The notes below the pieces were generated by a model. It saw only the letters and a program-made list of their open reading frames with translations, did no database searches and had not been told where the DNA came from. Made by a program: the position numbers and the translations under genes. A DNA stretch of 64,000 nt from Glycera tridactyla (lineage: Eukaryota). How positions within the stretch are numbered: the stretch's first letter is position 1; every line of letters starts with the position of its first letter. Location: assembly GCA_965644265.1 (NCBI GenBank), contig OZ286465.1, positions 108,128,001 to 108,192,000 on the forward strand, in the 5' to 3' direction. This document shows positions 1 through 11,489 of this stretch, piece by piece.

Positions 1-900
1 GAGTCAAGTCCAGATGTATTTGTGGAATGTCACAGTCCCAGTCCGCAATCTGAGCAGGATCCATCTGTGATATTGGGAGTGTGTCAAAGTCACAACCTCC
101 AAAGTGATTTTTGAATCTTATTCCAAGAGGAGCAATGACGTTGAGATTTCTTGAAATTCCTGTTTATATTTAGGCCTGAAGACACTCTGATGGGTTGGAT
201 TCGACGGGTTTGCTTTCAATTTCAGACAGTACTGGAGACCTAACTTTATCCTTCGTAGATGAAGTGAAGGTTCATTGGCTTCCACATGTAGGCTTTCAGT
301 AGGTGATGTCTGAAAAGCTCGGAGGCATATGCGTAAGGCTTGGTTATGGACTGTATCAAGCATTTTGAGGTTGGTTGGGCATGCAGATCCATAAATCATG
401 CACCCATAATCTAATTTAGATCGAATAAGAGATCTGTGAACCATGAGCAGTGTTTCCCGATCAGCTCCCCAGTCAAGGTGGGATAACACCTTCAGCATGT
501 CAAGTGCCCGGAGGCATTTGACTTTGAGTTGCTGAATATGGGGTTTGAAAGTCAATCGTCGGTCAAAGACCAGGCCTAGGAACTTTGTTTGTTCCACTAC
601 TGGTATTGCTGATCCACCTAGAAAGAGCTCAGGTTCATCATGATGCCTTGTTGATCTACAGAAATGCATGCAAACTGTTTTGGTTTTAGAAAATTTGAAG
701 CCATTCTTGTCCACCCAGTCTTGAAGTTTGTATAGGGTTTGCTGTAGTTTCCTCTCCACTACCCGAACTTGTCTAGCTCCATAGCAGATAAGAAAATCAT
801 CTACATATAAGGAGCAATTGGTGTCCTGGGAGAGGCATTCAACGATACTATTCATTTTAATGCTGAAAAGGGTAACTGATAGAATGCTTCCTTGTGGGAC
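1..900 (-). mobile_element. I/Nimb-type non-LTR retrotransposon ORF2 fragment (RT C-terminal half), 5'-truncated at the PQGS motif
   Basis: ORF 118-963: VPQGSILS...SLYVDDFLICY...KFLGLVFD...DWGADRETLL...RSKLDYG...HNQALRICL, typical of RNase H-bearing I/Nimb/Loa LINEs; runs off the window start. Confidence 0.9.
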
Positions 901-1963
901 AATCATATCCTGACACGAAAATTGCCATAAGTGGAATCCTGCCTCAATATCAAGACCCAGCACACAATTTCCAAGCCGAAAGATCTAGCTACAATATGCA
1001 GCTCGCGGCATCCTGCAATACAGCCAGACTTGCCTATATCCCTCAACAAAACTTCCTACAGGACGACTTTGTAGTCGTTGGTTGGTTGGTTGGTTGTGGT
1101 TTAACGTCAAGTCAGCACCGTCTGGGCTATATTGAGACGCCCATGCAATGGGCATGGGTGGGATCTTCCAAGACTCCTCCTTCTGGGTCCCCAACGGAAG
1201 GTGAAATGATATGAAAATCACAGACACACAAAGTGCCATTTCAGACAACGACTTCGTAGTCAACGGGGTACACCCAGTCGACGGGGTACACCCCAACAAG
1301 CGCGGCATTAGCAAAATTGCGAAAAACTACAAGGCAAAGCTCAACGACCTGCTAGGTATGAAAACCTATGATCAGTACTGGCAGAGCAACATCACACATA
1401 ACTCTCCTAGATCATCACCCCAGTACGACCATAGGAATGGCAGTCTCCACTCATATACACAGCCTGCTGTCCAATATACACAGTCTGCTGGTCACCATGG
1501 ATGAGTCTCCCACACTGGCTGTCCCCAGGTTCAACCCAAGCGTACCCCCCATAGCGATACCCCTCGCACAGGGTTCAACAGATCCTACCAGCCCCGATCG
1601 GTGATCCCCCGCAGCCAATACCACAGATCATCCCCACCTGTGAACCACCCAGCGTCATATACACAGCACAGAGTACCTAGCCTGATGCCACGCAATTCTG
1701 TGCCTTACAAACCCTACTCACAGCCAAATGACTTTCAATCAAGGCACAGCCCTGTGGACATCAGCGCACCCCACCCAGCAGCGGATACACTGAGATATCC
1801 CGATCCAGCACGCCAAGCACAATACAACAAGCCCCAAACATCATATCAGCATAGTGTCCACCATCATGGTAATCCAATGACAGCCGTACAGTCACAATAC
1901 GAGTACCACCATTTCCACATGAATCCCCCTTCTCATATCCAGGATTATGTTCGCTCATACTAG
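894..1963 (+). pseudogene. SGNH/GDSL-esterase-like LINE ORF1 remnant with Pro/Gln/His-rich tail, interrupted by a SINE
   Basis: DTKIAISGILPQ...YNMQLAASC...QNFLQDDFVV then, after the SINE, DGVHPNKRGISKIA (SGNH block V DxxH); an in-frame 18-bp tandem duplication doubles the (N/D)GVHP motif. Confidence 0.6.
1077..1247 (-). mobile_element. SINE-like family A copy with (AACC)n tail
   Basis: Flanked by 14-bp TSD acgactt(t/c)gtagtc (1063-1076/1248-1261); same ~170-bp body as other copies. Confidence 0.85.
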
Positions 1964-2115
1964 TCACTGATATGTGTAACTGAAACTGAACCAAACTTAC
2001 TGGATAGCTCTTGAGATTAGTCATCTTTAATGTCTCACCTCTGATATTAGTTTGCAATTGTAAATACTAAGGTGATGGAACTTCAAATTTGACACTTGAC
2101 TCATCCTGTGATCAC

Positions 2116-2278
2116 AGAAATGACACCTTGAGTGTCTGTGAATTTCATGAATTTTCGCCTTCTGTTCGGGATCCAGAAGGAGGAGTCTTGAATGATCCCA
2201 CCCATGCCCATTGCATGGGCGTCACAATATAGCCCAAATGGAGCTGACGTGACGTTAAACCCCCAACAAAACAAACAA
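2116..2278 (+). mobile_element. SINE-like family A copy with (AAAC)n tail
   Basis: 13-bp TSD atcctgtgatcac (2103-2115/2279-2291); ends gtgacgttaaaccccc-aacaaaacaaac. Confidence 0.85.
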
Positions 2279-2327
2279 ATCCTGTGATCACCCAACTCCT
2301 GCTGTACAAATTTCTGCTTGCTACATG

Positions 2328-2529
2328 CAGGGCACAACATCAAAACTATCCACCTGCCATTTTCAGATCTACCTGCCCCCTTCAAAATTCAGCATACCTC
2401 CATTATATATTCATTGCATTTATTATCATTTTCTACTTGTCCATTGGGCAGGCAGGTTTCAAAATCAACCTGCCCATCCTGAAATTCTATCTGCAAGGGG
2501 TAGGTGGCAGGCCATCTCATCGCGCCCTG
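2328..2529. mobile_element. CAGGG-ended MITE (hAT-like) with 6-bp TSD
   Basis: Termini cagggc...gccctg; TSD tacatg both sides; internal acctgccc repeats shared with 4458-4610 and 21253-21404. Confidence 0.75.
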
Positions 2530-2640
2530 TACATGTGTATTGTATTCATATTCTAAGATCTGATCACAGATTACACGTCTGCTATTGCTTACTGCAGGAT
2601 CTCTGGTCCACTGACAGTTTTGGATACCAGATGAGATTGC

Positions 2641-2811
2641 GGGACATTTGTCTCACTTTTAAGTGTGGTGTCTCAAATCATGAAGAGTGGCGAGAAAATC
2701 CTTAAACCTGATAATGTTCATTTCAATGTCAAAGGGTATCAGGTGTTACTTCGCAGTATCTTCCCATCCATCATGGATTGGTGGAAGACAAGTCAGCAGG
2801 GTAATACATGA
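2641..2811 (+). pseudogene. Second SGNH-esterase C-terminal remnant
   Basis: Frame from 2680 reads MKSGEKILKPDNVHFNVKGYQVLLRSIF, resembling SGNH block V (DxVH..GY). Confidence 0.4.
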
Positions 2812-4457
2812 ACATCACTGTTACCTCACTCTCATCCATCTCCTCTTTCGCCTTCACCACGTAGGCCACTGAACAAGATGCATGTCTACTGTAAAAATCT
2901 TTAAAACTGTTGCCATTGTCTATCAATCTCTGTAATAACATCTATTGCATTACTCCTATTAGTAATTCCTTCTTTCCTACCCACAGTATTTTAGATCATG
3001 AAATTTCTAAGTTACAGTACTTTAAAAAAATGAATTGCAGCTAGCCATACTATCTTAAGATATTTGCACCAATTAATGCAATAGCTATGCTCATTATACC
3101 ATATTTGCAGTTGAAGCTCAATTTGTAGTTGCTATTGGTTTTTCCCTGTGTGGGACTGCAATACAAATTGCATTGAGTCTGTTTGGTCATGATATCTTTC
3201 ATCAATTCTAGCAATCTTTTTTTCGATTTTGAATTTACCTGCAATTTTTCTGTGATTGTTTTGTTGATATACGGGTTGCCAATCTAGGTTGATTTAGATT
3301 TAGATTTAAATTTTTGATTAGGCAGGTGAGGTGCGGGTAAAGTACCCGCATCAAAATTTTACTCAAATGCCTTTTATTGAGCCCTCTATCACTCATTTTG
3401 CCTACATTCTTTCTCCTATGCTTCTCTGGCTCATTCTACCTTACATCCCTGCACCTACTGCTTACCTGTTTCACCTCCCCTTCAACCAGTACTTTAGTAT
3501 TTTGGATCATGAAATTGCAATTTTAATGATGTTGGATCTTATAAAAGATGAATTTACAGCTACTAATGTGAATTCAAAATATTCGAAACTCTTGAGTTTA
3601 GTCTTCACACTTGTTAGTTCTTGTGAAGGTGAAGTGCATCTGGCTGGCTCAAATTTCATAATTCAAATTCTAAATTTGAAATTTAAAACATTTACACCAA
3701 TTAGTACTGGATCTAGAAGTGCACGTTATGAATCAACTGCAGCTGAATGTCAACGTATAATTACTATCTACCTCCCCTGTCTGGAACCACAATGCAATTA
3801 TACTAAGTTTCTTTTTTCATGGTATATTTGCCACATCTGGCAAGCTAATTATTGAGTATAGAATTGCTTTACTCTTGTACTGAGATTGTTCAACTCTCCT
3901 ATGACTCCCTGACCTTTCCATACTTTTCATCTCTTAGCTTTATCATTTATTGGTTTCACTTCCCCTCAACACAATGGATTTGTATTTTAGATCATGAAAT
4001 GTCTTACTGCTGTTTGTTTTTGTAATAGGAAATTGCAGTTGGTTGGCACAAAGTAAGATATTTGCTCCTATCAATGTTGAAAATAGAAGTATGTGCCAGG
4101 CCTTAATTACAGTCAAAGATCACTCTTGAATTGACATTAGCCTCTCTATGTAGAATTGCAATGCAATTACTCTAGATGGTTTGGTAAGGATATAGTTTGC
4201 CAACTCAAACTAATGTATTTTTGATATTGAATCGCAATACAACTGTATTTTAATTTTTAATTGTTTTTAGTTTTTAAATCATGCAATTTTTAAGTCACAT
4301 TTCTTGAATCTTATAAATGGAGAGCTGCAGCTATTAGTGCAAATTCATGCTATAATTGCAGCTATAGATTGAGCTTTTTATTGCTGATAACTTCTCCCTT
4401 TGTGGCTTCCTTATGTGCTTAACCTCACCCAACTTATCTTGTTGTTCGATGACTGTA

Positions 4458-4610
4458 CAGGGCGTGAAGACATCATGAAAATCCACCTGCCCCCCTGGAA
4501 AATCCACCTGCCCTGCTTATATATGCAAGTCATTTATGATAATTTTCCACCTGCCCACGTGTAAAATCAACCTGCCCTGGGCAGGTGGGCGGCTATCTCT
4601 TCTCGCCCTG
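4458..4610. mobile_element. CAGGG-ended MITE, same family as 21253-21404 (opposite orientation)
   Basis: TIR cagggcg/cgccctg; 5-bp flanking duplication ctgta. Confidence 0.75.
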
Positions 4611-4614
4611 CTGT

Positions 4615-4867
4615 ATTGTTTATACCACAGATGTGTCAATATCAGTGGAATATAGGGGTGTGGGATATAACTTGCATATTCCACAGGCAGGGGGGCGTGG
4701 CACATCGCTACGTCACAATCGACAGTCACGTGACTCGCTATTGTCGGCAGGCGGAGCGCGGGCACATGGCAGGTCAACAAACCGAACGTTTGTCCGCCGA
4801 CACTGGTGCGTCGCCTTCACGCACGCATGCAAACACACTCACAAACACCTGAACACACACACACACG

Positions 4868-4899
<32 letters not shown>

Positions 4900-4903
4900 C
4901 ACG

Positions 4904-4934
<31 letters not shown>

Positions 4935-5480
4935 CAACTGATCAACGACAACAAAGACGGAGAAGGCGGAGTCGTAGCACCAGCGAACGGCAGGTGAACC
5001 AACCACGTGTGTCTGCCGACGCTCTTTCCCGTGCCTTCCCTGCCCCAGCTTCTGTCAGAAGTTCTCATGACACAGACGCACAGGCACACACCCACACGTA
5101 CACACACACGCACGTACACACACACACAGACACACAACAACAACAACAACAACAACAACGGCGACAACGATCGGAGGAGAGGGAGGACTGGCGTACGGCA
5201 GGTAAACAAACCGCGTGTTTGTCTTCTGACGCTCTCTCGGCGCGTTCCCTGTCCCAGCACTCACAACACACACACTTGCATGTGCACACAAACAAGCATC
5301 TGTGGTATAAAAGTAAGAAACAACGCCCGTGGAATATGCAAGTTATATCCAACTCGGTGGGAGTCACGGCGGGAGTGCACTCGGCGTTCGGCCTCGTGAA
5401 CTCCCGCCGAGACTCCCACCTCGTTGAATATAACTTGCATATTCCACGGGCGTTGTTTCTTACTATAATATACGTTATGT
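4615..5480. mobile_element. Non-autonomous DNA element with tandem core repeats, (CA)n/(CAA)n tracts and a long terminal palindrome (Crypton- or Helentron-derivative-like)
   Basis: Inverted segments tataccacagatg/catctgtggtata and ggatataacttgcatattccac/gtggaatatgcaagttatatcc; three ~215-bp units starting ggcaggt(c/g/a)aac(a/c)aacc at about 4768, 4990, 5198; ~165-bp hairpin at about 5305-5470. Confidence 0.55.
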
Positions 5481-6176
5481 TGATCATTAAATCATAGTCT
5501 CATCTCATTATATTACATCAACCCTTTTCTCTCTGTACATCTACCTACACATATACTCATACTCCATGCACTATGTCTTGTATCCAAACCTCAACACTGT
5601 ACCAGTACTCTCGCCTACACTACGTTTGCCAGATTCGCCCGTTCCACTTTATATCTCCCTCTCCTCATCTTTCTTTCCTTTCGCCTTTCCTACGCTGGTC
5701 ACTGGATTGAAAGAAAGTTTGAATCACCACCCACTCTTGACATGGTAAACCCTTCCAACCCCTTGTCTTTTCTACTGATTATTTGCTCCGGAATGTTAAC
5801 ACTCGTCCTCTTCTCCATATTCTCACCTTGGCTACCTCCAAAATCCTAAATACTCAAAAGTCTCTAACTACCCTGTATTATGATCGCCCCCTCCCCCCCC
5901 CCCCCCCCACACACACACAATAATAACCCCTATTCTCTAATACCTTAACTATCCTCCCTGCTCTTAATTGCTACAAACCACTCCTCTTTCACTGTACATT
6001 CCTTCACTTCCTCCCCTCCCCCTCATTTCCTCACTTCCTCCCCCCACCCCCCTTTACCCTCTCATATCTAGTCATTCCCCCTCCTGTTTCCTTTCTCCAC
6101 TCCTCATGTCTCCCCCAGAAAACCTAAATATACTTTCCCACTCGAAGCTCATTATACAAATTTTGATCACTGCTCC

Positions 6177-9100
6177 ATGAGCCTTTCTAACCTTCCTGGC
6201 ATCTCTTTAGGCACTTTAAATCTTTGTAGTATCATCAGGAAGCATGACGATATTGAAACTCTGCTTCACCGCAGTTCACTTGACATTCTCTGCATAAATG
6301 AAACTTTTTTGAACAACTCTATTCATGACGATGAATTATTCATTCCTGGCTATAACTTTCACCGTTTTGATCGCACAGCCGCCTCAGGCAAGTCTGGAGG
6401 AGGTGGCCTCCTTGTCTACTTTCAACAACAATATAATATCTCCATCATGGAAGAACTCTGTCACTGTTCCCCTGATGCTGAAATCTTTCCATTTGCCTTA
6501 ATCTAAAGAAGGCACGGCCCACCTATCTCTTCTGTGTTTACAGGCCTCCTAGTGGTTCCATCACTAATTTTATTGACATTCTTGAAAATACTCTAAATAA
6601 TCAATCTCTCAAAGCTCAAGCTGACACTCTTATTCTCGGCGATACTAATATTGACTGTCACTACCCAAATGGTGGCCCACCAAAAAATTACTCTGATTTC
6701 ATAAAGCGCCATGACCTCTCTCAACTTATTCTATCACCCACTTTAGTTACTTCCACCTCTTGCACCCTCATTGACCATATCCTTACAAACCGCCCTGAAT
6801 ACTATTCCTCCTGGGGTACCCTTGACCCTTCTCTCAGTGATCACCTTGTCTATTCAACTCGTCATAGGTGCAAACTTCTCAAAATCTCATCCTTTCAGCA
6901 AATAGGTTCTTATCGCAAATTTAACATTCAAATATTTGACTCTTCTCTTAGGAGTGAAGTCAATAATACTGAATTCTCCTCCGATGATCCAGAAATCACT
7001 GCAGCCCAATTTCAGAACTCTATCATCAAGGTTCTTGACTCACTTGCTCCTTTAAAACTTATGCCTATCCGTGATAGAAGTCAGCCCTGGGTCAATTATG
7101 AGTATATTAGTCTGATTGATCTAGCCGATTATCGAAGCAAAAAGTTTTTCACCAACCCGTCCATCATTAATTTGGAACTCAAACATGAAGCTCTCCGTCT
7201 TAAATCACGTCTTAAACGTGCTCTCAAAAAATCTTACATCTCGGAAACCCTTGCTAAACACAAAAACGACCCCCAAAAACTATGGAAACAAATACAAAAT
7301 CTTTGGCCTCTAACACAAAAATCTCCCATCATTCCTTCCTATCAAGTTGATGATCCTCCATCCTCCCTATTACCCCTTGCTAATGAAGCCAATACCTATT
7401 TTGCCAATGTTGGGGAAAAGCTTTTTGATAAATTTAATAACACCAATGCTCACCCTGTTTAATTTCCTCCACCTCCTTTTACTCGTCCCCCCTTTGATGG
7501 TTGGTTGGTTGGTTGTGGTTTAACGTCACGTCAGTACCATTTGGGCTATATTGTGACGCCCATGCAATGGGCATGGGTGAGATCTTCCAAGACTCCTCCT
7601 TCTGGGTCCCAAACGGAAGGTGAAATGATATGAAAATCACAGACACAAAGTGTCATTTCAGGGATTCCCCCCTTTGAATTCAATCGCCTTACAACTGAAG
7701 ATGTATAAGAGAGCATAAAATGTTTGAGTTCCTCGGGTGCCACTGGTCCTGATGGGCTATCCTCCTTTATTATTAAATTACTACCTCTTGATATTGTAGA
7801 CATTCTTACATCTATTCTCAACATGGCAATTGACAAGTGTGTATTCCCTTCAATCTGGAAAAGTGCCATAGTTACCCTTATTCATAAGAGTGGTCCCACC
7901 TCTGACTTTGGCAATTTCCGTCCCATCTCCTGTCCTCGGTGAAGTCTTTGAACGTTTAATTCATTCGCAAACTTATGATTACATTTCTACCCATGATATA
8001 CTGTATCGCAGGCAGTTCGGATTCAGCAGGGGGCTCCTTGATAAAATCTATCAGGGAGCTGAGTGTGGCTGTCTCACTGGGGTTCTCTTCCTGGACTTAA
8101 AGAAGGCCTTCGATACGGTATGTCATGATCTTCTCATTAAAAAGGTCAATGCCCATGGTTTCCATCACAATTGTACATCTTGGTTTAATTCATACCTCAG
8201 TGGCAGAAGTCAGGCTCTGAAAATCCGGAACCTAATTTCTTCCTTTTCAGGGGTTGATTTCGGAGTTCCACAGGGGTCAATACTCGGACCTCTACTATTC
8301 ATCCTTTATACCAACGACATGTATGTTAATATCAAGCATTGTGATGTCTTTCTCTATGCGGATGACACCGCTTTGTGCTACACAGGCCGTGACTCCCATG
8401 ACATTGAGACTAAATTGAATAATGATCTATTGCTGACTGGTTTGATAAATCTAACTTAACTCTAAATACATCCAAATCCTGCTCCATGCTTTTTGGCACC
8501 AGCCGACGTCTCGATCAATCACCCTCTCTCAATCACCCTCTCTCAATCTCTTTTGGTGACTCCAACATTATAGATGTTAAATTTACAAATATCTTGGAAT
8601 TACCCTTGACCCCACTCTCAATTTCTCTGAACATATCAACAAAATTGTCAAAAAAGTCACCCTAAGACGTCGTGCCCTCTACTTCTTGCGGCCCTCTTGA
8701 TGAAAATATGGCTATTTATCTATATAATTCCCTCACCAAACCTGTCATTACATATCGCGACTATATCTACGACGGGTGCAACCTAAGTGACAGCTACAAG
8801 CTCCAAGTGGCCCACAACAGGTGCATGAGTACAATCAGAATGAGTGGTTGGAACTATTCGGCAAGTCAACTAAGGCAAGATCTCAAAATGGATAAACTCT
8901 CCACCTCAAGATCTATCTCCACCTCAATTGAAGTTTACAAAGCCCTTCACAACCTCCTCCCACCTGATATAAATTGTATTTATAATCCCAGAAAACTTCC
9001 ACTCACAATTCAAACCAGATCTACCCATAACGGCCACCTTCTACTTGAAACCCCGTTCAACTGACTCACCTTTTCTGACCGTAATATCAGACATTGTGGT

Positions 9101-9600
9101 TCCATTTTATGGAATTCCCTCCCAAATGAAACTCGAATTTCTCCTAGCCTCTCTATTTTCAAAAAAGCCTCCACTGATTTTTTCAGCCAATTTCATTAAG
9201 TCCTCTGTTCACTCTGTTCTCATTAGTCCGCTGCTCATTCTGATTTGCTCATGCACTCAACCCCAACCCTTACTCAACCCTATTTCGCCTCTTAACTGAA
9301 TTTTCTAAGTCATTCATACTTGTCTATCTCAAGGTGCTAAAAGCGGGTACCAGGCACACCAGTTCTGGGTTACGAGGGCTGCGACTAGGTTACTAGGTTG
9401 TGTGATGGCACTGTACCGCGAGCATAGGGCATACCATGATTGTAAAGCTGGCTTGAAGTTGACAGTTTGTAATTGAACACATTGGTCGAGAATTCTCCGA
9501 ATCTAATGTTTTTCTCAGTGTCAAGTGCTGCGCTTTGCAAAAAACATTGCTACTGAGTGTTAGCTTCCAGCCAGTTACATAGTTAGATATACCATCATTG
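6177..9600 (+). mobile_element. CR1/L2(Crack/Daphne)-type LINE ORF2 (APE + RT) with 3' UTR, degraded
   Basis: APE: GTLNLCS...DILCINETFL...GGGLLVY...ILGDTNID; RT: GATGPDG...DLKKAFDTV...GVPQGSILGPLLFILY..YADDT; many stops and frameshifts. Confidence 0.9.
7498..7665 (-). mobile_element. SINE-like family A copy inserted in the LINE
   Basis: 12-bp TSD tcccccctttga (7486-7497/7666-7677). Confidence 0.85.
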
Positions 9601-9805
9601 GATTCACTTTGTTCATGAAGAGTAAGTAAAGGTGTGTCTGATTTTTCCTTACTGTTCTCTGGAACTGTGATCTTCATTGCCTGTAAAGTACTGTCATGTA
9701 AACCCTGTATTTTCTGACTCAGGGAATAACAATATTTGAGAGTTTGAACGACAGGCAAACAAACATCTAAATCCGCGGAAGCCCTGCAAATAGGGTAGCA
9801 CTAAA

Positions 9806-11120
9806 TACCGGAATAAACCGAAATGCCGAAATAAACCGAAATATACCAGAATATACATGAATATACCGGAATAAAGAGGGATTTACCGAAATAAAGATGA
9901 ATATATCATCGAAGTTGTTGTTTGCTGCGTCTATTCATCATGTAGGATAACAGTGTGTGTTTTGGCCGATATTAGCGCTGCGACGAATGTAAACAGAGCC
10001 GCCATCTTGAATTTTCGCTGCCGATTTCCAAACCTGATCTAATTGATGCTAAATATTTCAGCAACCACTTGATCAATCTGAAACCCAAATATATCAATGA
10101 AAAGGTTATCAATCGGGGAAGAATCGATGCAAGTTTAATGAATTTCCATCGAATATTTCATCTTGAAATGTGACAATGAAGACAGGGAATCCCAGTCAGT
10201 TTATCAATGTTTATTCCGGTGATTCCCCTTGGCATCCCAGAATCGTGATGAGGGTGACGTCACTATCGAAAAAAATGGCGGGAAACGCCCTCGTCGTATT
10301 CCGGTATCTGTCCCTATTCAAATAGTGAGCAGATATTCAAATGGGCACAGTTCGTGCAGTTCTCCACCAATATCCACCAAAAATTTCAGGGAATATGGAA
10401 CTACTATGTATGCATAACTCCCCCGAATATGAAAGTGAAATATCAAGTGGTTCTGCCGATATCGCCGGTGACAGATATCGATGTCTATGTAAACAAAGCC
10501 GCCATCTTGTTTTTTCATCTTGTCGATCTCAAAACCTGATCTGGTTTGTGATGAATCTTTTGGCAGCCACTGTACCCATTCCAGAACCAAATACATCAAT
10601 GTAAAGAGTGACAATCCGAGTATTATTGACACAAAGTTGAATTTTTTTCATCAAGTCTTTAATCCCAATAATGATTGGGAACCCCAACTGTATTTCGGTG
10701 ATTCCCCATGGCATCCCTAATTCGTGACGAAGGTGACGTCACCATCGAGAATGGGCGGGAAAACACCCTCGTATTTCGGTATTTTGAGTACATAATAAAA
10801 GTAGTGTCACTCTTTCATTTCTCCACCGATTCCCACCAAAATCACGTGGTGTACAGAGCATATATATATGCATATATCTGTGAAATATCAGAGAGAAATA
10901 TATAGTAGTTCCGCCGATATCGCCGGTGACAGATATCGATGCCTATTCCGATAATGTAAACAAAGTCACCATCTTTGATTTGCCAAGGAATACCCCACGA
11001 AAATCTCGATTAAACGATGATTTATACATCTATAGTATCTCCCAACTAGCATTACACCTCGTGGGTCATGTTCACCTTGTGAATTGGCTTTATTTCGGTA
11101 TATTTATGTTTATTCCGGTA
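9806..11120. mobile_element. TIR-bearing non-autonomous DNA element with ~470-500-bp internal tandem units
   Basis: Perfect 13-bp IR taccggaataaac (9806-9818)/gtttattccggta (11108-11120); subterminal ccgaaataaa repeats; units starting aaca(g/a)agccgccatcttg at about 9993, 10493, 10961. Confidence 0.6.
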
Positions 11121-11417
11121 GTTTGTTTGTTTGTTTGTTTGTTCTTTTGTTTTAGTTTAACGTCACTTAAACCCGCTTGGGTTATATCGGACTGAAAAAC
11201 TGAAAATGCTGAAGAAAAAGAGTCACTGCATGCCGGGGGCCGTCCCTACTCTTTGCGAAAGACAGCAGTGGATCTTTAACGTGCGTAAAGGAAAAGGCTC
11301 CTAAATACAAGGCCGGCCTTTGATATCCGGGCGTGTATTTAGGAGCCTTTTCCTTTACGCACGTTAAAGATCCACTGCTGTCTTTCGCAAAGAGTAGGGA
11401 CGGCCCCCGGCATGCAG
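11121..11417 (-). mobile_element. I/Nimb LINE 3' UTR fragment (family B) with snap-back inverted duplication
   Basis: (GTTT)n tail then body matching 44447-44745 and 50379-50600; perfect 83-bp inverted arms 11227-11309/11335-11417. Confidence 0.85.
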
Positions 11418-11489
11418 CCACCTGCTGTACATATATATGTTTGATGCATGCTTATTGTACTTGAATTCCTGGATCTGACCCCTGACTAA

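Noticed and set aside
1077-1247. tRNA, 5S or U1 origin, or HDV-ribozyme fold, for family A
   Set aside because: No A/B boxes; similarity to U1 (CCATTGCA...GATG-TGCTGAC) is short and interrupted; I could not build an HDV pseudoknot.
4585-5497. His/Thr-, Gln- and Val/Cys-rich ORFs (also at 20287-20601, 26424-26680, 28341-28855)
   Set aside because: Translations of (CA)n, (CAA)n, (GT)n and (GGT)n microsatellites; only the TIMM17 exon inside 20287-20601 is real.
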